Part shown: positions 1 to 8,675 of the stretch, piece by piece
Layout of the letters: each line of letters starts with the position of its first letter
Position numbering within the stretch: position 1 is the first letter of the stretch
From: Candidatus Bathyarchaeum sp.
GTDB lineage: Archaea > Thermoproteota > Bathyarchaeia > Bathyarchaeales > Bathyarchaeaceae
Assembly (NCBI GenBank): GCA_026014495.1
Contig: JAOZIF010000157.1
Coordinates: 2,363-66,362, forward strand
Reading direction: 5' to 3'
DNA: 64,000 nt
Notes under the pieces: generated by a model
Told to the model about the DNA's origin: nothing
The model's input: the letters and a program-made list of their open reading frames with translations, nothing else
Database searches by the model: none
Made by a program: the position numbers and the translations under genes

Positions 1-151
1 TTTTTACTTCTTTCCATGTTGCTGAGCAATTTTTGTATTGTATTCCGACGATGCTGTGGATTGCTCTGTCGACCTCTTTTTTGTTTTCTTTTGTGATTGC
101 TACTTCTGCTTTTTCGAAAATTTTGTTCAGGTGTCTGAAATAGCATGTCAT
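1..151 (-). CDS. Partial CDS (first 50 codons; continues past window start), small hypothetical protein
   Basis: My own reverse-strand translation from ATG (151-149) gives MTCYFRHLNKIFEKAEVAITKENKKEVDRAIHSIVGIQYKNCSATWKEVK with no stop before position 1. It is absent from the ORF track because it is truncated. No domain recognised. Confidence 0.35.
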   Translation of the reverse strand, partial: MTCYFRHLNKIFEKAEVAITKENKKEVDRAIHSIVGIQYKNCSATWKEVK

Positions 152-177
152 TGTAATCTGAATATTCGTTCAGAAAG

Positions 178-187
178 ATTTATAAAT
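178..187 (+). promoter_or_regulatory. Candidate TATA box for the downstream five-gene operon
   Basis: ATTTATAAAT lies about 50-70 nt upstream of ATG 236/260. GAGG at 248-251 sits 8 nt before ATG 260. Confidence 0.3.
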
Positions 188-235
188 GTGTGTCTGTTTT
201 TCTATCGGCAATAGGTTGCCGTATGCCCACTAGTT

Positions 236-706
236 ATGGGGAAAAAAGAGGAACACACAATGAAGCGCATCTCAATCAAACAAGAAGCCTGCATAGGCTG
301 CGGACTCTGCCAAGTCTACTGCACAGTAGAACACTCAAAAAGCAAAGACCCCGTCAAAGCATACCTAAAAGAACAACCCAAACCAGTCAGCCGCGTAAGA
401 GTAGAAACAAACAAACCAAACTCAATCTCAATTCGATGCCAACAATGCAAAGACACACCATGCATAAACGCCTGCCTAACAGGAGCCATGACCCTAGACA
501 AACAAACCGGACAAGTAACACATGACCCCGAAAAATGCATAGGCTGCTGGACATGCGTAATGGTCTGCCCATATGGCGCCGTAAAACCTGATTCTACAGG
601 AAAAATAATCGCAAAATGTGACCTTTGCCCCGACCGTGAAACCCCCGCATGCGTAGACAACTGCCCCAATGAGGCACTAGTCTGCGAAGAGGTGGAAGAG
701 CAATGA
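236..706 (+). CDS. CooF/HycB-like 4Fe-4S polyferredoxin
   Basis: Four Cys clusters: CIGCGLCQVYC, CQQCKDTPCINAC, CIGCWTCVMVCPYGA, CDLC..PACVDNCP. The stop overlaps the next start (ATGA 703-706). ATG 260 is an alternative start. Confidence 0.8.
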   Translation: MGKKEEHTMKRISIKQEACIGCGLCQVYCTVEHSKSKDPVKAYLKEQPKPVSRVRVETNKPNSISIRCQQCKDTPCINACLTGAMTLDKQTGQVTHDPEKCIGCWTCVMVCPYGAVKPDSTGKIIAKCDLCPDRETPACVDNCPNEALVCEEVEEQ

Positions 707-1977
707 CAAAATATGTTATTATCGGCGGCTCGGCAGGAGGCATCGGAGCAGTCGAAGCAATAAGAGAAGTAGACCCAATGGGCGAGTTAATCGTAATTTC
801 ATACGAACAAGTTCCACAATACTCGCGCCCAATGATATCCGAATACGTCAGCAAAGAAGCCACACTAGACACAATGAAATACCGCAGCGACCAATTCTGG
901 AAAAACAAAAACGTCAAATTACTCACTGGAAGGGCCGCAACAAAAATAGACTTCGACAAAAAACAGGTTGAACTCGACGGCAAACAAAGAATCGATTACG
1001 ACAAACTTCTAATCGCCACTGGAGGCAAACCCTTTGTTCCAAAAATGGAAGGCGCAGACAAAACTGGAATCTTCACATTTACAGAACTTTCCAGCGCAGA
1101 AGGCATAGAAGCCAAGCTGGAAACATCCAAAAACGCGGTAGTTATCGGCGGCGGATTAATCGGCGTTAGCGCATCTGAAGCGCTAATAAAACGCAAAATA
1201 AACGTAACCTTAGTGGAACTAAAAGATAACATACTCAACTTAATCCTAGACAAAACTGCCTCAGAGCTGGCAGAAAAGGTACTCACAGACGACGGAGTCA
1301 CCATAATTACTGGACAAAGTGTCCAAAGAATTCTAGGACGAAAAGACAACCAAGCTGCTGTGGGAGGCGTCGTAATGACTGATGGCACACAAATCCCCTG
1401 TGACCTAGTGGTTGTCGCAATCGGAGTTATCCCCCGAACAGAGCTCGTCAAAGAAACACCCGTAAAAGTAAACCGTGGAATAGTCGTGGATAGACTAATG
1501 CGAACCAGCATACCCGATGTTTACGCATGTGGAGACGTAGCAGAAGCTCACGACTTCCTAATTAACCAAACCCGTCTACTGCCTCTATGGCCTGTGGCTC
1601 ATCTAGGAGGACGCGTAGCGGGCTACAACATGGCAGGCAAAAAAACAGAATATGAAGGAGGCACAGTCATGAGCTCCCTGAAATACTTCGATTTGCCCGT
1701 CGTTACTGTTGGAACCGTAAACCCAGAAGACCTTGACGCTTACGAAATACTGATTGAGCTTAAACCCGAAAAAACTGTTTACAAAAAAATCCTGCTCAAA
1801 GACAACGTAATTGTAGGCTTCATATTCTTGGGAGCCATTGAAAACGCTGGAATATTCTTCAGACTACTAAAAAATCATGTTGATGTAAGCGAAATCAAAG
1901 ACAGGCTTTTGTCCGAAGATTTTGGCATCATTACAATGCCAGAGCAGCTAAGGCAAAAAATGTTTGTGGTGAACTAA
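703..1977 (+). CDS. FAD-dependent pyridine nucleotide-disulfide oxidoreductase (NAD(P)H oxidoreductase-like)
   Basis: Dinucleotide folds YVIIGGSAGGIGA and AVVIGGGLIGVSASE, plus the C-terminal YACGDVAE motif. 424 aa. Confidence 0.8.
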   Translation: MTKYVIIGGSAGGIGAVEAIREVDPMGELIVISYEQVPQYSRPMISEYVSKEATLDTMKYRSDQFWKNKNVKLLTGRAATKIDFDKKQVELDGKQRIDYDKLLIATGGKPFVPKMEGADKTGIFTFTELSSAEGIEAKLETSKNAVVIGGGLIGVSASEALIKRKINVTLVELKDNILNLILDKTASELAEKVLTDDGVTIITGQSVQRILGRKDNQAAVGGVVMTDGTQIPCDLVVVAIGVIPRTELVKETPVKVNRGIVVDRLMRTSIPDVYACGDVAEAHDFLINQTRLLPLWPVAHLGGRVAGYNMAGKKTEYEGGTVMSSLKYFDLPVVTVGTVNPEDLDAYEILIELKPEKTVYKKILLKDNVIVGFIFLGAIENAGIFFRLLKNHVDVSEIKDRLLSEDFGIITMPEQLRQKMFVVN

Positions 1978-1978
1978 A

Positions 1979-3094
1979 ATGAAGAACCTAGCTAAAACTA
2001 ACAACCCTTACAGCGACGAAAAGGTCTTTGATGCCTGCTCCATATTTGGCATGATGAACCTCAAAGGAGAGCGTTTCTCAGCCAAAGACCCGATCAGGGC
2101 AATGGCAAACATGCACGACCGTGGAAACGGACTGGGCGGTGGCTTTGCAGCCTATGGAATTTATCCAGAATACAAGGATGATTACGTGTTCCAGATAATG
2201 TTCCTTGACAAGGAAGCAAAAAAGAAGACTGCCCGTCTAATCAGCGAATGTTTCAACATCGTTAATGAAGAAGAGATGCCGACACAGGAAGCCAACGTAA
2301 CAGACCCACCACTAATGTGGCGCTTCTTTGTTCAACCTAAAGAATCAAAAATGGAGAACCAATCCCCTGACGACTTCGTGATGGAAAAAGTTACACGAAT
2401 CAACACAGAAACAGGCAAAGCCTTCGTGTTTTCCAGCGGCAAAAACATGGGAGTCTTCAAAGGAGTAGGCTTTCCAGAAGATGTTGCAGAGTACTTCTGC
2501 TTAGAAGAATACGAAGGATACCTGTGGACTGGACATGGACGATTCCCAACAAACACTCAAGGCTGGTGGGGAGGAGCACACCCCTTCAGTATGCTAGACT
2601 GGACCGTAGTCCACAACGGCGAAATCTCATCATACGGAATCAACAAACGATACCTCGAAATGTTCGGATACAACTGCACCATGCAAACAGACACAGAAGT
2701 AATGGCATACGCCTTTGACCTGCTCATGAGACGGCAAAACTTGCCCATCGAGATAGTCTCAAAGATTCTTGCCCCACCTCTATGGTCAGAAATCAAAACA
2801 ATGACCCCCGAAAACGAGCTCGCACTAAGAGCATTGAGGCAAACATACGGCAGTTTGTTGATGAATGGACCCTTCACGATAATCGTTGCCCATGAAAGCG
2901 AAATGATTGGACTAACCGACAGAATAAAGCTTCGACCCCTCACCGCAGCAACAAAAGATGACATGCTGTTTTTGTCCTCAGAGGAAGCTGCAATACGGCT
3001 AGTTTCGCCAATGCTGGACAAGGTTTGGAGCCCAAGAGGCGGAGAACCAGTAATCGGAAGACTAGAAACACCAGTAGCGGAGGCTACAGCTTAG
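1979..3094 (+). CDS. gltB: Glutamate synthase, stand-alone class II glutamine amidotransferase piece (archaeal split GltB)
   Basis: Propeptide followed by the catalytic Cys in FDACSIFGMMN. HGRFPTNT and VHNGEISSYG motifs. Starts 2 nt after the previous stop. Confidence 0.85.
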   Translation: MKNLAKTNNPYSDEKVFDACSIFGMMNLKGERFSAKDPIRAMANMHDRGNGLGGGFAAYGIYPEYKDDYVFQIMFLDKEAKKKTARLISECFNIVNEEEMPTQEANVTDPPLMWRFFVQPKESKMENQSPDDFVMEKVTRINTETGKAFVFSSGKNMGVFKGVGFPEDVAEYFCLEEYEGYLWTGHGRFPTNTQGWWGGAHPFSMLDWTVVHNGEISSYGINKRYLEMFGYNCTMQTDTEVMAYAFDLLMRRQNLPIEIVSKILAPPLWSEIKTMTPENELALRALRQTYGSLLMNGPFTIIVAHESEMIGLTDRIKLRPLTAATKDDMLFLSSEEAAIRLVSPMLDKVWSPRGGEPVIGRLETPVAEATA

Positions 3095-3107
3095 GAGGAA
3101 GTATGGT

Positions 3108-4622
3108 ATGAAAAGTTACGTTCAACCCGAGTACCTCATAGAACGAGACAACGACCGCTGTATCCGCTGCAAAGTCTGCGTAAACCAGTGCAGCTACGAG
3201 ACTCACTACTACGACGAAGAAGACGATGTCCTGTGCAGCAGAAACGAGAACTGCGTAAACTGCCAACGATGCGCTACCTTCTGTCCAACTCAAGCAATAG
3301 CCATACGCAAGAACCCCAACACTTACAGGCCTAACGCAAACTGGACTCAAGAAGTGCTAACTGGAATCAAAAAGCAAGCTGAAACTGGAGGAGTTGTCCT
3401 CACTGGAATGGGATGCGACAAACCCAACCTCACATACTGGGACAGGCTTCTGATAAACGCAAGCCAAGTCACAAACCCCTCTATAGACCCGCTCAGAGAA
3501 CCAATGGAACTACGAACCTACATTGGCTCAAAACCTGACAGCCTCAAACTAACAACAAGTAAAACTGGCGATATTACGCTGGAAACCAAACTAGCTCCAC
3601 AACTCCGCCTAGAAACACCAATCATGTTCTCTGCAATGTCCTACGGTTCAGTAAGTTTGAATGTTCACAAATCATTGGCTCGTGCAGCCAGCGAATACGG
3701 CACATACTACAACACAGGCGAAGGAGGACTCGAAAAAAGCCTCTACAAATACGGAAAAAACGTCATAGTACAAGTAGCATCCGGACGCTTCGGCGTTCAC
3801 CCTGACTACTTGGATGCAGGTGCAGCAGTCGAAATCAAGATTGGACAAGGCGCAAAGCCCGGAATCGGTGGTCATCTTCCGGGAGAAAAAGTAAGTGCCG
3901 AAATCTCAAAAACACGAATGATTCCCATGGGAACAGATGCATTATCTCCTGCTCCACAACATGACATTTACTCCATTGAAGACCTGCGGCAGCTAATCTA
4001 CGCCCTAAAAGAAGCAACAGACTACACAAAACCAGTCTTCGTAAAAATTGCAGCCGTACATAACGCTGCAGCCATAGCCAGCGGCATAGTCCGTGCAGGC
4101 GCAGATGCTGTAGTGTTGGATGGTGTACGTGGAGGAACAGGAGCCGCACCCAGAATAACCCGCGATAACGTCGGCATACCCATAGAGATGGCTCTTGCAG
4201 CTGTGGATCAGCGTTTACGTGACGAGGGCATACGAAACAAAGCCTCTGTCATTGCAGCAGGCGGAATCAAAAGTAGTGCTGACGTTCTAAAAGCAATTGC
4301 TTTGGGCGCCGACGCATGCTACATCGCAACCGCAGCGTTGGTTTCGTTAGGTTGCACTGTGTGCCAAAAATGCTACACTGGTAAATGTCCTTGGGGCATC
4401 GCAACAACTGATCTTTGGTTGACTAAACGGATTAATCCTGACATCGGCGTGAAACGTCTGGTTGGTCTTCTTCGTGGATGGAGTCTAGAAATCATGGAGA
4501 TGATGGGCGGAATGGGCATAAATGCCATCGAGAGCGTGCGTGGAAACCGTTTGGTTCTCAGAGGCGTAGGTTTGACTGACAAGGAACTGGAAGTCTTAGG
4601 AGTGAGAATGGTAGGGGAGTAA
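3108..4622 (+). CDS. gltB: Glutamate synthase FMN/synthase core piece with N-terminal 2x[4Fe-4S] ferredoxin segment
   Basis: CIRCKVCVNQC and CVNCQRCATFCP, then YNTGEGG and GQGAKPGIGGHLPGEKV core motifs. GGAGG RBS at 3084-3088. Confidence 0.9.
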   Translation: MKSYVQPEYLIERDNDRCIRCKVCVNQCSYETHYYDEEDDVLCSRNENCVNCQRCATFCPTQAIAIRKNPNTYRPNANWTQEVLTGIKKQAETGGVVLTGMGCDKPNLTYWDRLLINASQVTNPSIDPLREPMELRTYIGSKPDSLKLTTSKTGDITLETKLAPQLRLETPIMFSAMSYGSVSLNVHKSLARAASEYGTYYNTGEGGLEKSLYKYGKNVIVQVASGRFGVHPDYLDAGAAVEIKIGQGAKPGIGGHLPGEKVSAEISKTRMIPMGTDALSPAPQHDIYSIEDLRQLIYALKEATDYTKPVFVKIAAVHNAAAIASGIVRAGADAVVLDGVRGGTGAAPRITRDNVGIPIEMALAAVDQRLRDEGIRNKASVIAAGGIKSSADVLKAIALGADACYIATAALVSLGCTVCQKCYTGKCPWGIATTDLWLTKRINPDIGVKRLVGLLRGWSLEIMEMMGGMGINAIESVRGNRLVLRGVGLTDKELEVLGVRMVGE

Positions 4623-4626
4623 AAAT

Positions 4627-5412
4627 ATGGTAATAAATGATGTAATAAACCACACACCAGAAAATTTGAGCATAACTGAGAAAACAGCAAAGATTGATGC
4701 CACTGGCATGTACTACAAAGACCTTAACAGTCTCCTTAGGAGTCTGGACGCTAATGGCATAGAAAACATTGAAATTCACAACGTTTACGGTCAACGCTAC
4801 ATAGGCACAGACCTTGATAACCACATTAACATCGACATTTACGGAACTCCAGGAAACGACTTGGGCTCTTTTATGAAGGGCACAAACATTACTGTTCACG
4901 GAAACGCGCAAGACGGCTGCGGAAACACTATGGACCACGGCAAAATAGTTGTTCATGGACGCGCTGGCGACCTTGTTGGACATTCCATGAGAGGCGGAAA
5001 AATCTTCATCCGAGACGACGCTGGATACCGCGTTGGAATCCACATGAAAGAATATCTCGGAAAAAGACCCTCGATAGTGATTGGCGGAACAGCACAAGAT
5101 TTCCTTGGAGAATACATGGCAGGAGGAGTACTGGTGGTTTTGGGGCTAAACATGAAAGAAAAGGTTCACAACGCTAGGTTCGTGGGAACAGGTATGCACG
5201 GCGGAACAATGTACATTCGAGGCGATGTGCGACATCTGGGTGAAGAAGTTGCAGTAGCGGAGCTAAACGACGATGACTACAACATACTAGGAAGCTTGGT
5301 TGACGAATTCTGCAGCTACTATGGATTAGATGCTGAAAAAATCTTGCAAAGCAAGTTCAACAAAATATTTCCGGTTTCGTCTCGCCCTTACGGAAACCTA
5401 TACGCCTACTAG
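4627..5412 (+). CDS. gltB: Glutamate synthase C-terminal GXGXG domain piece
   Basis: Repeated Gly-rich beta-helix runs: VHGNAQDGCGNTM, VVHGRAGDLVGHSMRGGKIFIRDDAGYRVG, GGTAQDFLGEYMAGG. Confidence 0.85.
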   Translation: MVINDVINHTPENLSITEKTAKIDATGMYYKDLNSLLRSLDANGIENIEIHNVYGQRYIGTDLDNHINIDIYGTPGNDLGSFMKGTNITVHGNAQDGCGNTMDHGKIVVHGRAGDLVGHSMRGGKIFIRDDAGYRVGIHMKEYLGKRPSIVIGGTAQDFLGEYMAGGVLVVLGLNMKEKVHNARFVGTGMHGGTMYIRGDVRHLGEEVAVAELNDDDYNILGSLVDEFCSYYGLDAEKILQSKFNKIFPVSSRPYGNLYAY

Positions 5413-5447
5413 CACAGATTTGTCAAAGAATACTTCTGCCTTCTTTT

Positions 5448-6860
5448 TTATTGAAGCCAAATTGGTTTTCCTTTGAGATATTCTGTCAAAAATTCCGCAA
5501 ACTTAGGGTGCCCAGAGTACGTTTTTAGGGCTTGGTCATTTACTAAAACCTCAACTGATTCAGCGATTGCGTTGGAAACCAGTTCAGCTACGCCGTCGCT
5601 TCTGCCTCCATCCTTAAGCTTTTCGTTTAGAAGCTTTACCACGTTCGTGTACGTTCTTTGTATGTCAACTACCCATCGCCCCTTTTCTATGCGGGGTCCA
5701 GAAACAGTTGAATCTGCTGCTGTGTGCTTTCGCAAAAAGTTTTCGCAGCCCTTTTTGTTTTGTAGTGGTGGACCTGTGTGGTGTTTCATGTTTGGGAGGA
5801 AACGGTTTTCTAACTCAAAGATTAGTATGTTCAAGTTTTTTTCGTTGCTCCAGATGCTGTCCCTTAAAATGTTGAAGTCATGTTTTGTGATGATGTTTCG
5901 TAGTGCCTTTTGGCTTTTGTATAGCTGTCCCCATAGAACGTCTGGAACTGCTGCTCCATTAAATTTGATGAAGACTATTGTGGAGCCTCGTGTATTGATT
6001 TGGTTGACTAGTTGTTTGGGGTTTAGGGCTTTGGTTTGTGGTGGATAAAAGAATCGTGTGTCTGGGTTTTTCAGGAATTCTCTGGAGGCGGCGACTAGTT
6101 CGTATAGTTTTTCTTTTCTAACTGCAGCCGCAACGTTTCTTTCTTTGTCCACAGGGTCAACCATGACAAGTGGTTCTTCAAAATTTTTCTTTGCACTCTC
6201 TATTGTTTTGTAATGTTTTGCGTAGTCTATTGTTGTTCCTTCTTTCCAGTTTGCTGCAGACTGTAAAACTTTGACAAACGTGCCGTAGTTTATGACAAGA
6301 AGTTCACAGAGGTATCCACTAAAACCTCCTGTTTTGATTTCTGCTCCGTAAACACCTATTCCTTTCATGAACCGTTTTAGCAGCCTGATTTCTTCTCCAA
6401 GCTTTTCATCCAGATGTGGCTTGACGTAGTCTGTGTGGAATGGTGTTCTGTCTGTGGCGCTAATCCACTCGCCCCTTTTTACCTTGTAGCATGGAACAAT
6501 ATTCACGTAAACGTCGTCCATTACTGCTTCAAGGTAGGGGTGCTCTGCAAACCTTTCAATCTGCTCGTAGCCTTCTGTGGCTTTTTTTGCTATTTCTAGA
6601 CAGACTGTTCCAAAAACTTCCCGTGGAGTGACTATTGGAAACTGCATGAACACGTCGATTTCGGGGCTGTCTTTGAGCCACGTGTTTTTAGCTACGGAAC
6701 CCTCTACCCGAACATCCGCTTCAACCCCTTTCTCTTTCGCTGCTTTTTCTACATTATCCATCAACTTTTTGGCTAATGCATTGACCTTTTTTCGCTCGCT
6801 TTCGCTGGGTTTAACTTTCTTTAGAACCTCGGTGCGTATCTGTTCAAGGGAAGGTGGCAC
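5448..6860 (-). CDS. cca: CCA-adding tRNA nucleotidyltransferase, archaeal class I
   Basis: EGSVAKNTWL...EIDVF nucleotidyltransferase signature. 470 aa, a length typical of archaeal CCA enzymes. Confidence 0.85.
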   Translation of the reverse strand: MPPSLEQIRTEVLKKVKPSESERKKVNALAKKLMDNVEKAAKEKGVEADVRVEGSVAKNTWLKDSPEIDVFMQFPIVTPREVFGTVCLEIAKKATEGYEQIERFAEHPYLEAVMDDVYVNIVPCYKVKRGEWISATDRTPFHTDYVKPHLDEKLGEEIRLLKRFMKGIGVYGAEIKTGGFSGYLCELLVINYGTFVKVLQSAANWKEGTTIDYAKHYKTIESAKKNFEEPLVMVDPVDKERNVAAAVRKEKLYELVAASREFLKNPDTRFFYPPQTKALNPKQLVNQINTRGSTIVFIKFNGAAVPDVLWGQLYKSQKALRNIITKHDFNILRDSIWSNEKNLNILIFELENRFLPNMKHHTGPPLQNKKGCENFLRKHTAADSTVSGPRIEKGRWVVDIQRTYTNVVKLLNEKLKDGGRSDGVAELVSNAIAESVEVLVNDQALKTYSGHPKFAEFLTEYLKGKPIWLQ

Positions 6861-6877
6861 AACAAATCACCTGTTAG

Positions 6878-7450
6878 CTATTCTGTTTTTCCGCAAACTT
6901 CACGTAAGTTCGTGTAAATTGGACCTCTAGGCGTCAAATCACTCTTCTTTAGTCTCAGGCAATCAGCCTTGATGGTTCCAAACTCGTAGTCTTCGAGTTC
7001 TCGGATAAGCTCGGCTAGTTTGGCTTTGTTTCTTTCTGTTCTCACGCGTGCTATTGTCAAGTGGGGACTAAAACCTTTGTTGTCTGGTTTAAAGCCCAAT
7101 CCTCTAAGTCGGGGTTCAAGTTGCTCGAAAACGTCTTTTAGTTCATTTGCGCCTTTTGTGATTCCAGCCCACACTACTCGGGGATAGTTTGGTTTGGGAA
7201 AAGCGCCTAAGCCTTCTATTTCTATTTGGAATGGTGTAAATGAGATTTGCTTCATTTCTTCGTAGATGACGTCGACCATGGGCGGCTGGATGTCTCCTAA
7301 GAATCTGACTGTCAGGTGAATGTTCTGGGGTTTAACCAGTTTCAAATCGGCGCCAGTGTTTGCTACCATTGATTGAGCTTTTGAGATTCTTCTGATTATT
7401 GTTTGGTCTTCGATGTCAAAGGCAAAGAAGCTCCTTATTGTTCCTGACAT
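6878..7450 (-). CDS. thpR: RNA 2',3'-cyclic phosphodiesterase (2H phosphoesterase, LigT/ThpR)
   Basis: Two HxTx motifs (HLTVRF, HLTIAR). 190 aa. Confidence 0.8.
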   Translation of the reverse strand: MSGTIRSFFAFDIEDQTIIRRISKAQSMVANTGADLKLVKPQNIHLTVRFLGDIQPPMVDVIYEEMKQISFTPFQIEIEGLGAFPKPNYPRVVWAGITKGANELKDVFEQLEPRLRGLGFKPDNKGFSPHLTIARVRTERNKAKLAELIRELEDYEFGTIKADCLRLKKSDLTPRGPIYTNLREVCGKTE

Positions 7451-7546
7451 AACAAATCTCTCGTAAATTACTCGTATATTCTTTCATGTTTACCATTTTA
7501 ATAACTTAATCCATCGCCTAGCTCTGACTTGATGTGCTTTGATGAT

Positions 7547-7703
7547 AAAAAAGGGGAAAACTTGGTAAGTTGTATGGCTACTGCTTACCAAGGGGGAGTT
7601 GCTTGTTTGCGCGCTTTTGCGCCAGAACCGAGTTTACGCCATAACTTCATGTTTTGCGCGTTTGCGCACGGCGACTCAAGGTTCTGTTAAGCCTCCCTTT
7701 TTG
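7547..7703. ncRNA. Candidate structured non-coding RNA of unknown family
   Basis: A G+C-enriched island in a 700-nt AT-rich spacer with nested helices. AAAAAGGG 7548-7555 pairs with CCCTTTTT 7695-7702. A 9-bp hairpin forms from CTTGGTAAG 7561-7569 and CTTACCAAG 7584-7592. CAGAACC-GAGT-CGCC (7623-7640) pairs with GGCG-ACTC-GGTTCTG (7670-7686). There are two GCGC/GCGC hairpins. Strand and family are undetermined. Confidence 0.3.
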
Positions 7704-8156
7704 ACATGTCAAACAAAAACACGAGATATGTCCTATGATGTTTTATGTAAATAAAGTTTGTTATACACTACTCTTAAGTCTGATTCTGAATTAAAATGTT
7801 TTAATAATACATACCCAATCTTCATACCAGTTAAATCATAAGACACAACAAACGTTTAACCGACTGAAGCTTAAGGGGAGGTTATGATGCAATGTCTTCG
7901 ATAAAGCGTGTAACCGTACGGGAACTAAACGAACTAGTAGAAAACATAGCACGTGTAAACTCCAAACAGCCATAAATAGCTAGTCAAGTTTAATCTGCTC
8001 CTTTTTTCCTTCTGGTACATACCTGCCACAAACTGCTGCAAGTTTGTGGTTGCCAACAACTGTTTTATTAGCTTATAACTGAATGATAGTTCGTTATTAT
8101 GTAAATTAAACGAGGGGTTCACGATAAACGACAAAGTTGTTGTAGGTATAGCTGGG

Positions 8157-8675
8157 ATGCCTGGAGCCGGTAAAGGAGTTTTTCAAAGAACCGTTCAGCA
8201 ACATGGATATCCTGTCGTGACAATGGGTGACGAGGTAAGAGAAGAAGTCAAACGAAGAAACCTCAAGCCAACCCCCGCTAACTTGGGAAAAACAATGCTA
8301 AATCTCAGAGAATTAGAGGGTCCAGCAGCCATAGCCAAACGATGTATTCCTAAACTTGAGAGCCAGTCTCACATGATAATTTTTATAGATGGCATCCGCA
8401 GCCTCGTCGAGGTAGACGAATTCAAGAAACACTTTCCGCGTTTTGTTTTGCTTGCAATCCATGCATCACCAAAAACTAGGTATAAGCGTCTGGTTAGAAG
8501 AAGACGAAGCGACGACCCACCAGACTGGGAAACCTTTATGCAAAGAGACCTAAGAGAGCTTGGAATTGGTATGGGCTCAGTAATTTCTGTCGCCGACTAC
8601 ATGATAGTTAACGAGGGAACAATCGGGCAGTTGAAACGTAAAACCCTGCAGTTCACGGAGGTGCTTAAAAAATGA
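8157..8675 (+). CDS. P-loop nucleotide kinase (dephospho-CoA kinase/adenylate kinase-like, archaeal UPF0200-type)
   Basis: Walker A GMPGAGKG sits at the very start of the listed ORF. The open frame continues upstream as NDKVVVGIAG, so the true start is probably upstream (ATA 8124 with GAGGGG 6 nt before it). Confidence 0.6.
   Translation: MPGAGKGVFQRTVQQHGYPVVTMGDEVREEVKRRNLKPTPANLGKTMLNLRELEGPAAIAKRCIPKLESQSHMIIFIDGIRSLVEVDEFKKHFPRFVLLAIHASPKTRYKRLVRRRRSDDPPDWETFMQRDLRELGIGMGSVISVADYMIVNEGTIGQLKRKTLQFTEVLKK

Noticed and set aside
594-1511. 129-aa and 171-aa minus-strand ORFs
   Set aside because: Antisense to the CooF-like and FAD oxidoreductase genes. S/T/P-rich translations with no motif.
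5473-6048. 191-aa plus-strand ORF
   Set aside because: Antisense to the well-supported cca gene. No motifs. Shadow ORF.
7520-7790. C/D box sRNA candidates (TGATGA at about 7541, ATGATGT at about 7734 with downstream CTGA)
   Set aside because: The box spacing and the internal D'/C' boxes do not fit the compact archaeal C/D architecture (12-nt guides). The motifs are short enough to occur by chance.
7892-7975. 27-codon ORF MSSIKRVTVRELNELVENIARVNSKQP downstream of a GGGGAGG box, faintly like the N-terminus of Phd/YefM antitoxins
   Set aside because: It is too short and ends in a stop with no continuation in any frame. There is no toxin partner. At best it is a decayed remnant, and that cannot be supported.
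7934-8134. 66-aa minus-strand ORF in the long spacer
   Set aside because: AT-rich translation, no RBS, no motif. It overlaps the perfect hairpin at 8026-8049.
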